Shown here: positions 18,802 to 27,704 of the stretch, in pieces | How the letters are laid out: every line of letters begins with the position of its first letter | Position numbering within the stretch: the first letter of the stretch is position 1 | Assembly (NCBI GenBank): GCA_965224025.1 | Contig: OZ245033.1 | Span: forward strand, 512,001-576,000 | Source: Candidatus Multivorans sp. | Lineage (GTDB): Bacteria; Acidobacteriota; Thermoanaerobaculia; Multivoradales; Multivoraceae | Length of the DNA: 64,000 bases | Reading direction: 5' to 3' | The notes under the pieces: model-generated | Databases searched by the model: none | What the model saw: the letters and a program-made list of their open reading frames with translations, nothing else | Told to the model about the DNA's origin: nothing | Translations under genes and position numbers: made by a program

Positions 18802-20595
18802 TCATTCTACCGGGGCATCGCCGCGGCGCCGCCGCTGGTACAGGAAGGAAACGGCCACCAGCAACGCGCCAACAATCAGGAAGGAGAGGATCCGGTAGCC
18901 CTGGTCCAGGAAGGACAGGTCGATGAGGAAGGTCTTGGCGACCACGACCAGCAGCAACGCCAGACCCTGCCATCGGAGGGCGGCGGCTTCGCGGCGGATG
19001 CCCGCGGCAACAAGCACCGCCGCCCACGCCAGCCACAGCGCCGATAGAGCGACCTGCGCGGCGAGATTCAGGTCCAGGTCGAGACTGAGTCCCTGCACGA
19101 AGTCCCACGTCTCGAGCGACACGGCGATGAGCGCGGCGACGTTGGCGATGCCGAGACCGATTGCCCAACCCACGCGCTCCAGGGGCAGCGGCTCTTCCAG
19201 GATGCGGCGCGCGGTGAACCCGGCTACGGCAAGCCCGATCGCCGCCCCGGCCAGGGTGAGGAACCGGAGGTTGACGAACAGGATCTGATCGGCCTGCCCG
19301 AGGAGCGCCTGCGGCGCCATCAACAGGACGACGCCGAACAGCCCCACCGAGAAGACGCGCATCCACAGCGATGGCAGGCGGGCCCCGGCGATCGCCAGCG
19401 CGACGGCTTCGGCCGTCCAGGCCACCGTGGTCCAGTCGCTTTCGAGCCGGATCGGGAAGGCGATCGTCGCCAGCAACGCCGCCTGGACCGCGAACAAGTC
19501 CTGCAACTGCCGTCCCTGGCGGTCTTGGCCGGCGCTCCGGCTCCCGAACACGCGGGACAACACGAAGTAGAGAGCGGCCAGCGCCAGAACGGCGCCGGTC
19601 AGCAGCCAGCGGTGTTCGTCGTACAGAAGTTGCTGCAGCAGCAGCACGTAGAAGCCGAGCGCCAATGCGAGCACGCCGATCTCGCTCGGGTGCAGGCGGC
19701 GCGCGAGACGCACGCGGGCCAGAGGCAGTGCGATGTAGACGATATAGAAGAGCGTCCCGAAGAGAGCGGTCGAGAGCAGCCGGTCGGGTTCGTAGAACTC
19801 CGCGTGCCAGGCGACGAAGTAGACGACCGTGGCGACCAGGGCCGCGGGCGCAAGAACGCGAAAGCCTCGCAGGAGTGCCAACGCGAGCAGGCTGGCGCTG
19901 AGCAGAGCGAGGTAGCTGAAGAGAACGACCTGCGCGTCGTCGCCGGTACTCAGAAGCGTCGGCGTCAGGTACCCGCCCGCGAGCGCAAGAGCCGCCAATT
20001 GCTGCGAGTCGCGGCGCACCGAAAGGCCAATGACCCCCGCGGTGACGAGAGCGAGGAAAACGAACGCGGCCAGCTGCGGCACGAGGGCGTAGAAGTCCCA
20101 GGCGGCATAGCCCGCGAGGTAGACGACGCCGGCGCCGAGAGCCGTCACCCCCTCGGCGAAGTACCGCATGCCGCGCGCGGCGAGCCACTCGCCGTAGACG
20201 CCGAGCGCCACGCCGCTGACGAGCCCGATCAGGACTCTTCCCGTCGGCCCGATCCACTCGTTCTCGAATGCGTAGCGGAGAAAGAAGGCCGCGGCGAACA
20301 GGAGCGTGAGGATGCCGAGGCGGTTCAGCCAGCGACCGCCGATCAGCGCCTCCAGATCGAGATCGCGCCAGGCAGCGGGCTTGGCTTTCGGAGCGTCCCC
20401 AACGCGAGGGCCGGCCTCGGCTGGCGTCACGGTGCGCGCGGCAGTCGCGTCGGGAGTGTCCACCGCCGCAGGCGCCGATTGCGACGGCGCCTTTTCGCCG
20501 GCGCTCCTCAGAGCCGCCACCTCGCGCTGCAGTTCCAGCACGCGGGCTTCAAGAGCCAGCACACGCTCGTCGAGTGGTTCTGGCGGCTCTGTCAC
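18802..20595 (-). CDS. DUF2339-family multi-pass membrane protein
   Basis: N-terminal coiled coil, DLEALIGGRWLNRLG, many TMs, C-terminal KTFLIDLS...YRILSFL...SFLYQR. Confidence 0.85.
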   Translation of the reverse strand: MTEPPEPLDERVLALEARVLELQREVAALRSAGEKAPSQSAPAAVDTPDATAARTVTPAEAGPRVGDAPKAKPAAWRDLDLEALIGGRWLNRLGILTLLFAAAFFLRYAFENEWIGPTGRVLIGLVSGVALGVYGEWLAARGMRYFAEGVTALGAGVVYLAGYAAWDFYALVPQLAAFVFLALVTAGVIGLSVRRDSQQLAALALAGGYLTPTLLSTGDDAQVVLFSYLALLSASLLALALLRGFRVLAPAALVATVVYFVAWHAEFYEPDRLLSTALFGTLFYIVYIALPLARVRLARRLHPSEIGVLALALGFYVLLLQQLLYDEHRWLLTGAVLALAALYFVLSRVFGSRSAGQDRQGRQLQDLFAVQAALLATIAFPIRLESDWTTVAWTAEAVALAIAGARLPSLWMRVFSVGLFGVVLLMAPQALLGQADQILFVNLRFLTLAGAAIGLAVAGFTARRILEEPLPLERVGWAIGLGIANVAALIAVSLETWDFVQGLSLDLDLNLAAQVALSALWLAWAAVLVAAGIRREAAALRWQGLALLLVVVAKTFLIDLSFLDQGYRILSFLIVGALLVAVSFLYQRRRRGDAPVE

Positions 20596-20659
20596 TACTT
20601 GGTTACCTTCAAGGCAGCATCAGACGGTACCACTCCCCCTGACGGTGGCGGGCGCTAGA

Positions 20660-20708
20660 CCAGACCGGCGCTTCGCGCCGGATGCGGGCGAGACGCCCGC
20701 GTTCCCAG
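20660..20708 (+). repeat. REP-like element family A (empty 49-nt copy)
   Basis: CCAGACCGGCGCTTCGCGCCGGATGCGGGCGAGACGCCCGCGTTCCCAG; two hairpins; related copies at 22693, 34454, 60219, 14037. Confidence 0.85.
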
Positions 20709-20813
20709 GGGCCGGATCCGTCTGAGCGCAACCCCTAGTTGGGCCAGTAGATGTGCTCATCGTCCGGAGCGCACCCGTCGCCGGCGCGAGCCGCCAGTGT
20801 TATCTTGCGCCGC

Positions 20814-21165
20814 ATGATCGACCTCTACTACTGGCCCACCTCGAACGGCTGGAAGGCCTCGATAGCGCTCGAGGAGATCGAACTGCCCTACAGCGTCGTG
20901 CCCGTCAACATCGGCCGCGGGGACCAGTTCAAGCCGGAGTTCCTGCGCATCAGCCCGAGCAACCGGATGCCGGCGAATCGTCGACCATGAACCGATGGGC
21001 GGCGGCGAGCCGCTGGCGATGTTCGAGTCCGGCGCCATCCTCCTCTACGTTGCGGAGAAGAGTGGCCGCTTCCTGCCCCAGGGCGTCCGCGAGCGCTGCG
21101 ACGTGACACAGTGGGTGATGTGGCAGATGGGCAATCTCGGCCCGACGCCGGGCCAGCACAATCAT
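20814..21165 (+). pseudogene. Glutathione S-transferase (YfcG-like) N-terminal part, frameshifted and truncated
   Basis: MIDLYYWPTSNGWK...SPSNRMPA, then in another frame [15 protein letters not shown]...[13 protein letters not shown]; ends abruptly at the ISL3 remnant. Confidence 0.85.
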
Positions 21166-21403
21166 GGTCTTCAGGCTGTTGTGTGGGCATGGAGCTGCAA
21201 GAGAGGCTGCCGATCGGCCTTGGACTGGCGAGATGAAGAGTGCCAAGACGTTCGAGAGGCTGTTGGGGGTCAAGCCGCCGTGGCGTGTGCGGGAGGTGGT
21301 GCTTGGCATGGACGAGCGGCATCCGCGTCGCCGGGGTCCGGTGGTTGGCGGCACGGTGGAGATCCACGTCGAGTTCGGAAAGACCTCGCCGACCGGCGAG
21401 TGA
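21166..21403 (+). mobile_element. ISL3-family remnant (left end plus transposase N-terminus)
   Basis: Starts GGTCTTC at the GST break; ORF from 21233 [22 protein letters not shown]...VEIHVEF resembles ISL3 transposase N-termini. Confidence 0.6.
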
Positions 21404-21434
21404 CGCCCGAGGCGCGACGATAGAATCCCCACCC

Positions 21435-22100
21435 ATGAGTCGGTTCTTCGACAAGACCCGCCTGCCGAAGGCGGGCGAGGCGCTTCCGGGGCGCGCCGAG
21501 ACGATTCCCGTCGCTCCACGCCACTACGTGCTCAAGGCGCCAATCGGGGAGCCGTACCCGGAAGGCAGCGAGCTGGCGATGTTCGGCCTCGGCTGTTTCT
21601 GGGGCGCCGAGCGCAAGTTCTGGGAAGCTCCCGGCGTGATCACGACCGCTGTCGGCTACGCCGCCGGGGCAACGCCGAACCCCACTTACCGCGAGGTCTG
21701 CAGCGGCATGACCGGTCACAACGAGGTCGTCCGCGTGGTGTTCGACCCCGAACGGATCTCGTACGAGGAGCTGCTTCGCATTTTCTGGGAGAGCCACGAC
21801 CCGACCCAGGGCATGCGTCAGGGGAACGACATCGGCACCCAGTACCGCTCCGGCGTCTATGTCTACTCCGAGGACCAGCGGCGGGCCGCCGAAGCGTCCC
21901 TCGGGGCGTACCAGCAGCGGCTTTCCGCCGCGCGCTTCGGCCGGATCACGACCGAGGTCTTGGATGCCCCCGAGTTCTACTTCGCCGAGGACTACCACCA
22001 GCAGTACCTGGCGAAGAACCCCGGCGGATACTGCGGCCTCGGCGGCACCGGTGTGACCTGTCAGACGGGACTCGAGCTGCCCGCGAGCCAGGCGGTCTGA
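21435..22100 (+). CDS. msrA: Peptide methionine sulfoxide reductase MsrA
   Basis: [41 protein letters not shown]. Confidence 0.95.
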   Translation: MSRFFDKTRLPKAGEALPGRAETIPVAPRHYVLKAPIGEPYPEGSELAMFGLGCFWGAERKFWEAPGVITTAVGYAAGATPNPTYREVCSGMTGHNEVVRVVFDPERISYEELLRIFWESHDPTQGMRQGNDIGTQYRSGVYVYSEDQRRAAEASLGAYQQRLSAARFGRITTEVLDAPEFYFAEDYHQQYLAKNPGGYCGLGGTGVTCQTGLELPASQAV

Positions 22101-22121
22101 GAGCGGCAACAAGGGAGAACG

Positions 22122-22358
22122 ATGGCGGACTCTACGGCCGCGCTAGCACGCGCTATCGGCTGGCTGCTCCTGATCGGCGGGGTGCTGGCGCTGGGCGGCT
22201 TCGCCATCTACGCGCTCATCGTCGACCGGGAAGCGCCCCTCTACATCAAACTCGGCGTCGGCGGCGTCTACGGCGGTCTGGCGCTGCTCCTGCTGTCGGT
22301 GCTGCGGCAGCGGCTGATCGCCCGCAAGACCGACAAGTACAAGGACGTGCAGATCTGA
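22122..22358 (+). CDS. Small two-TM membrane protein
   Basis: AGGGAG RBS; two hydrophobic helices; operon-like with the YbjQ gene. Confidence 0.7.
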   Translation: MADSTAALARAIGWLLLIGGVLALGGFAIYALIVDREAPLYIKLGVGGVYGGLALLLLSVLRQRLIARKTDKYKDVQI

Positions 22359-22375
22359 CCGCAGGGAGATCCCGG

Positions 22376-22690
22376 ATGCTGATTGCGACCACAGAGACGA
22401 TTGCCGGCCGGAACATCACCGAGACTCTGGGGCTCGTGCGCGGCAACACGATCCGCGCGCGACACGTGGGCAAGGACATCACCGCGGCCCTACGCAACCT
22501 GGTCGGCGGCGAGGTCACCGAGTACACCAAGATGGTGGCCGAGAGCCGCGAGCAGGCGCTCGACCGGATGGCCGCCCAGGCCGAGAGGCTCGGCGCCGAC
22601 GCCGTGGTCGCCGTGCGCTTCACGACCTCCGTGATCACGAGCGGCGCCGCCGAGCTGCTGGCGGTGGGGACGGCGGTGAAGCTGGACTAG
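22376..22690 (+). CDS. YbjQ/UPF0145 family protein
   Basis: LGLVRGNTIRARHVGKD...VGGE...SREQALDRM...GADAVV...GTAVKL. Confidence 0.9.
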   Translation: MLIATTETIAGRNITETLGLVRGNTIRARHVGKDITAALRNLVGGEVTEYTKMVAESREQALDRMAAQAERLGADAVVAVRFTTSVITSGAAELLAVGTAVKLD

Positions 22691-22947
22691 ATCCAGACCG
22701 GCGCTCCGCGCCGGATGCCGGCCGGAGGCCGGCGTACCTGTACCTTTCTCGGGTGGATTCTGGTGGGTCGTTGAGAGAGGTGGAATCGACCAGTAGCCGT
22801 CGCGGCTGCGGTAGCTGTGGGAAACCGGCTTGCCGGTTTTCCAAGGTCCGGCGGGAACGGTCTGCCGTTTTCCGCGGGACCGGCAGCTTCCGCAGCCGAG
22901 ACCGCCGGTCGGTTGCGTCTCCGGCCTGCCGGAGTCACTGAAGGAAA

Positions 22948-23102
22948 GTCGGCAAGCAGCCAGGAGCGACCACCGGCGTACTGTGCTTCGAGCACCTGGC
23001 TGGGACCCGTGCCCTGGCTGCTTCGCCGCGTTGGACGCCCAGTGGAGAGTCAGTGCCTTAGAGCACCAGTACAGGTACGGGCAGGCAACGCGGCATGCCG
23101 AC
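22948..23102 (+). ncRNA. IS110 bridge RNA core (target-binding and donor-binding loops)
   Basis: Closing stem GTCGGCA/TGCCGAC; two stem-internal loop-hairpin arms whose loop strands match the element's own target and donor junction sequences. Confidence 0.85.
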
Positions 23103-23137
23103 CAGGCAACACTACCGCAAGGGAGAAGGAGGACGAG

Positions 23138-24390
23138 ATGACCAGGACGTGGTTCGTCGGCGTGGACTGGGGGTCCGAGACCCACCACGTGTGTGTGCTG
23201 GATCGGGACGGCAAGGTGAGGGGGGAGCGGGCGTTCGACCACAGCGGCAAGGGACTTGCCGCCATGGCCGACTGGCTCCTTGGACATACCCGACCGACGT
23301 CTCCGGACGAGATCGGCGTCGCCATCGAGGTGCCGCACGGACCGGTGGTCGAGACTCTCCTGGAGCGGGGCTTCGCCGTGCATTCGATCAACCCCAAGCA
23401 GCTCGACCGCTTCAGGGACCGCTTCTCCGTCGCCGGCGCCAAGGATGACCGCCGCGATGCACGGGTGCTCGCCGCCGCGCTTCGCACCGACCCCGAGTGC
23501 CTGAACCGCGTGCAACCATCCGATGCCGCCATCGTCATGCTGCGCGAGGTGTCCCGCGCCCGCAAGCAGTTGGTCAACCAGAAGAACCGCCTGGAGAACC
23601 AGGTCCGCGACCAGCTCTGGCGCTACTACCCGCAGTTTCTCGCCGTGGTCAAGAACGAGGTGTCGGCGCCCTTCGCGCTGGCCTTGTGGCGACTGGCGCC
23701 GACCCCCGGCAAGGCTCGACGGCTGCGCGAAGCCACGCTCGCCAAACTGCTCAAGGAACACCGCATCCGGCGCCTGACCTCCGCCCAACTGCGCGATCAA
23801 CTGCGGGCCGAGCCGATCGCCGTTTCCCCGGACACCGTTAAGGCCGCCGTCGAACACATAGGACTCCTCCGGCCGGTGCTCGACACCGTCTGCCGCCAAC
23901 TCGCCGACGCCGACAAGCGGCTGGAGCGGATGACCCGCGCACTCGAGGCCCCGGCCCAACGGGAAAACGACGACGACTCCCCTAAGCCGAGCGACGCCGC
24001 CATCCTCAGGTCGCTGCCCGGACTCGGCAAGGTCGGCCTCGCCACCCTGCTCTCCGAGGCCGATCAAAGCCTGGGCCGCAGAGACCACGAGGCACTGCGT
24101 TGCCTCTGCGGAGTGGCGCCGGTGACCGTCAAGTCCGGCAAGAAGCTCATCGTCATGCGACGACTCGCCGCCAACGAACACCTCAGCGACGCCGTCTATC
24201 ACTGGGGACGAGTCGCCATCCAGCACGACCCGATCAGCCGCGCCAAGTACGACGCCATGAAAGCCCAGGGAAAGACGCACGGACGCGCCATCAGACAACT
24301 CGTCGACCGACTCCTCGGCGTCGCCTGCGCCATGCTCCGAGGCCGACTCTCTTCGACCCCAACAAGCGATGCCATGCCCAGGTCGCATGA
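23138..24390 (+). CDS. IS110-family DEDD recombinase; 1-nt frameshift near 24345 affecting the last ~15 codons
   Basis: VGVDWG, AIEVPH, KDDRRDA (DEDD); APVTVKSGK (catalytic Ser region); AGGAGG RBS; probable native end TLFDPNKRCHAQVA* is in another frame. Confidence 0.9.
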
Positions 24391-24451
24391 CCTCCCTGAC
24401 CCGCAGCAGCCTCCCCAAAACACACTTGCTAAAGGGTGGAGAGTCCCAGCA

Positions 24452-25585
24452 TCACTCGCCGCTTCGCGGCTCGTTGCGCAGGCTCATCCGCTCCAGCACG
24501 CCCGCGACGAGCAGCGGCCACACCAGGGTGGCATCGGCGGGAACTTCGGCGAAGCGGCCGCCTTCGGAGGCGGGGACGAACTTGCCCCAGGACACCCCTT
24601 CGCTGTAGCCGCAGCCGGAGAGGCCGCCCCAATGCTCCGGTTCCGGGCAGATGCGGACGCCGTAGCGGAAGCGCTGGGGATCGGCTTCTTCGCCGTCCCG
24701 GCGCGCCGCCGCCTCGAGATAAGGCGCGACCTGCTGCGCCCAGTTCCGCGGCACGCCGCCGCCGATCGTGAAGATGCCGAGCCGTACAGCGCCGGAGACG
24801 AGGTCCGTGTAGTGCTCCAGGTCGAGGAAGGGATCGAAGCGAACCGGCGCCAGCCCGCGCTGGCGGCGCGCCCGATTGAACAGCGCGAAGTCGAGTCCGA
24901 TCTCCGAGTCCGTGAACGCGGGCACATAGACGGGGACGCCACGGCGCCAGGCGGAGGAAAGCACACCGCGCACCGGCCGGTTCTGGCCCGGCTCCGCCTC
25001 CGCCGGTGAACCCTCGCCTTCGCCCAGCCACCGCCCGAACGCCTCGTTCAGAGTCCGCGAACAGGCGACCTCGCCCTCCGGCCACTGCTCCAGGATGGCG
25101 TGGACGATGAGCTCAACCCGGTCCAGGTTGCTCTCCAGCTCCAGCGTGTCGTAGATGCGGTCGAAACCGGCGTAGTACGCGGAGCGGTCGTCCAGCGCGC
25201 CGTCGCCCGCCGGGACCTTGAAGTGGACCATGCCGGCGGACTCGACGAAGCCGTGGACCATCAGGGCCCCGGTGCAGACGATCGCGTCGAGCAGCCCGTG
25301 GTCGATCATGTCGCACAGGACGAGCCCCTGCTTGGCCGCGGTCAACGCGCCGGTGAACGTGCCGACCACCAGGCAGTCCGGATCCACAGCCATGTCATGG
25401 AGCACGTCCGCCGCCTCGCCAAGCTGACGGCCCCCGAAGGAGGTCGACTTCATCGCCGCGAGCAGATCCGAGAAGGACTCGACGGAGCCCAGATCGAGAG
25501 CCTCGAGCGGTTCCAGTCCTTGGCCGTCGCCGAACTCGGTCGGGCGACGCGCGCCGCCCGAGGACTTGGAAGGTCGATCGCTCAT
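24452..25585 (-). CDS. Deoxyhypusine synthase-like protein (probable homospermidine synthase activity)
   Basis: TSFGGRQLGEA, DRIYDT, PAFTDSEIG, IGGGVPRNW, GGLSGC..SEGVSWGK. Confidence 0.85.
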   Translation of the reverse strand: MSDRPSKSSGGARRPTEFGDGQGLEPLEALDLGSVESFSDLLAAMKSTSFGGRQLGEAADVLHDMAVDPDCLVVGTFTGALTAAKQGLVLCDMIDHGLLDAIVCTGALMVHGFVESAGMVHFKVPAGDGALDDRSAYYAGFDRIYDTLELESNLDRVELIVHAILEQWPEGEVACSRTLNEAFGRWLGEGEGSPAEAEPGQNRPVRGVLSSAWRRGVPVYVPAFTDSEIGLDFALFNRARRQRGLAPVRFDPFLDLEHYTDLVSGAVRLGIFTIGGGVPRNWAQQVAPYLEAAARRDGEEADPQRFRYGVRICPEPEHWGGLSGCGYSEGVSWGKFVPASEGGRFAEVPADATLVWPLLVAGVLERMSLRNEPRSGE

Positions 25586-25824
25586 GAAGTCGCAGTCGAA
25601 GCTATCGCGGCAGGGAGTGGTGCACGACGCCGGTTTCGGCCCGTTTCTTGCTCAATGGAGCATCCATGTCCCGGTCAACTCAGGCTGTGACAGGATCCGC
25701 ACGCAAGGCAACGTACGTTTCGCTGCCGAAGGAGGGAGCTGCCGGCAGCGATTCCGAGGTTGGCCCCCTACCACTTCGGATCCGGATTCCGGCACGGGCG
25801 AGCCGAGTCCCGACTACGGCAGCG

Positions 25825-27363
25825 ATGAGCTGGACAGTTGTGAACTCGCGCGAACCCAGGGAGCTGGAACTCCTATACCGCCTGAGCCAGACGCTCGGTG
25901 AAAGCCTCGAGCTGCGCGACGTGACCCAGCCCGCGCTCTCCACGCTGGCGGAGCACCTGAACCTGAAGCACGGCACGATCACGCTGCTGAACCGGAAGAC
26001 CGGCGAGATCCACATCGAGGTCGCCCACGGATTGAGCGGCCAGCAGACCTCCCAGGTCCGCTATCGCCTGGGCGAGGGCGTCACCGGCAAAGTGATCGAG
26101 ACCGGCGAGCCCGAAGTGATCCTGAAGACGAGTGAGTCCGAGACCTTCCTCGACCGCACCCGCCGCGGCAAGAGCGCGGAGGTCTCCTTCCTCTGCGTGC
26201 CCATTCGCACGGGCAACGAGACCTACGGCGCGCTCAGCGTCGATCGGTCCTACGATCCGGACCACGATCTGAATGGCGACGTCCGCGTGCTCCTGATCGC
26301 CGGCGCCCTGATCGCGCAGGCGGTCAAGCTGCGCCGCACCGCGGAGGAGGAAAAGGAGCAACTCGAGGAGGAGAACGAGCGCCTGCGCGCCCAGCTCCGC
26401 GACCGCTTCCGGCCCGCCAACATCGTCGGCAACTCGCACGAAATGCAGGAGGTGTACGACCAGATCGCCACCGTCTCCGGCAGCAACACGAGCGTTCTGA
26501 TCACCGGCGAGACGGGAACCGGCAAGGAGCTCGTGGCGCAGGCGATCCACTACGACAGCGCCCGCGCCACCAAGCCGTTCGTCAAGGTCCACTGCGCGGC
26601 GCTGCCCGAGAGCGTGATCGAGAGCGAGTTGTTCGGCCACGAGCGCGGCGCCTTCACCGGCGCGATCCACCAACGCAAGGGCCGCTTCGAACTCGCCCAC
26701 ACCGGCACCATCTTCCTGGACGAAGTCGGCGACGTGCCTCTGCTGATCCAGATCAAGATGCTGCGGGTGCTGCAGGAGCGGGAGTTCGAACGAGTCGGCG
26801 GCAGCCGGACCCTGAAGGCGGACGTACGGATCATCGCCGCCACCAACAAGGACCTGTCCCACATGACCGCGCACGGCGCTTTCCGGGAGGATCTGTTCTA
26901 CCGCCTGAACGTGTTCCCCATCCACGTGCCGCCGCTGCGCAAGCGCAAGTCGGACATCGTCCAGTTGGCCGACTTCTTCCTGGAGCGTTACGCGCGCGCC
27001 AACGGCGCCAACGTGCGCCGGCTCTCAAGCGCCGTGATCGACATGTTGATGAGCTATCACTGGCCCGGCAACGTGCGGGAGCTCGAGAGCTGCATTGAAC
27101 GCGCGGTCCTGGTGGCAAGGAACGACGTGATCCACCCCCACCACCTGCCGCCGACCCTTCAGACCGCGGAGAGTTCCGGCACCGAGCCGCCGGGCAGCTT
27201 CCGCTACCTGATCGAGAACTACGAGCGCGACCTGCTGCGCGACGCCCTGAAGAGTGCCCGCGGAAACGTCGCCGAGGCGTCGCGCAAACTGCGCACCACG
27301 CCGCGGATCACCGGCTACAAGATCAAGAAGTACGGCATCGACGCGAACCGCTACGCCGGCTAG
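25825..27363 (+). CDS. Sigma54-dependent activator, GAF-AAA+-HTH (NifA-like architecture)
   Basis: GAF region (LGEGVTGKV, FLCVPI); GETGTGKE, ESELFGHERGAFTGA, FLDEVG, WPGNVRELE; C-terminal HTH. Confidence 0.92.
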   Translation: MSWTVVNSREPRELELLYRLSQTLGESLELRDVTQPALSTLAEHLNLKHGTITLLNRKTGEIHIEVAHGLSGQQTSQVRYRLGEGVTGKVIETGEPEVILKTSESETFLDRTRRGKSAEVSFLCVPIRTGNETYGALSVDRSYDPDHDLNGDVRVLLIAGALIAQAVKLRRTAEEEKEQLEEENERLRAQLRDRFRPANIVGNSHEMQEVYDQIATVSGSNTSVLITGETGTGKELVAQAIHYDSARATKPFVKVHCAALPESVIESELFGHERGAFTGAIHQRKGRFELAHTGTIFLDEVGDVPLLIQIKMLRVLQEREFERVGGSRTLKADVRIIAATNKDLSHMTAHGAFREDLFYRLNVFPIHVPPLRKRKSDIVQLADFFLERYARANGANVRRLSSAVIDMLMSYHWPGNVRELESCIERAVLVARNDVIHPHHLPPTLQTAESSGTEPPGSFRYLIENYERDLLRDALKSARGNVAEASRKLRTTPRITGYKIKKYGIDANRYAG

Positions 27364-27478
27364 GAGTCGAGTCGCGGCGTCCGCGCCGCGCTGACGCAGA
27401 GGAAACAGGGCGTGTTCCATGCAAGCGTGCGCCACAGAACATGGGGTACGCCGATCTTCCTGCCGCGCACGCTGCTAG
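27360..27478. repeat. CTAG-bounded palindromic repeat, second copy
   Basis: Shares CTAGGAGTCGAGTCGCGGCGTCCGCGCCGCGCTGACGCA and TGTTCCATGCAAG with 15079-15139. Confidence 0.75.
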
Positions 27479-27644
27479 CGCCGCAGATCGCCGTGTGCGC
27501 CCACGTTTGTCTCCCCTTCATGCGGCCTGCAACAAAATTGTACGAATCAGGTGTGACTCCTGATCAAGACCGGCCACAACACCACGGGGGCGAAGCCCCT
27601 GACGCGTAACGGTTTGACGCCGCAACAGCCGGCGCCGGCCGCGG

Positions 27645-27661
27645 TTGGCACCCGTGTTGCT
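27645..27661 (+). promoter_or_regulatory. Sigma54 (-24/-12) promoter
   Basis: TTGGCAC-CCGTG-TTGCT, exact TGGCAC-N5-TTGC spacing, about 44 nt before the porin ATG; candidate enhancer palindrome ACAAAATTGT at 27532-27541. Confidence 0.85.
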
Positions 27662-27704
27662 ACCCCACGCGCTACCAGCAACCATGCCCTAGAGGAGGTC
27701 ACCA

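Larger units (their letters stand above)
22739..24446 (+). mobile_element. IS110-family element inserted in a REP (core dinucleotide CC)
   Basis: No TIRs; junctions GGCGTA-CC-TGTACC and GAGAGT-CC-CAGC; removing it restores a 49-nt REP colinear with the empty copy at 20660-20708. Confidence 0.9.

Noticed and set aside
22817-25009. 730-aa ORF as a transposase fusion protein
   Set aside because: The 5' extension is the bridge-RNA region (RBS and ATG are at 23138) and the 3' extension comes from a 1-nt frameshift reading antisense through the DHS-like gene
24452-25585. Bacterial hypusination system
   Set aside because: No IF5A/EF-P or hydroxylase neighbour; bacterial DHS-like proteins are generally linked to homospermidine synthesis
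25825-27363. nifA and nitrogen fixation
   Set aside because: Domain architecture only; no nif genes nearby and no TGT-N10-ACA site noticed upstream of the promoter
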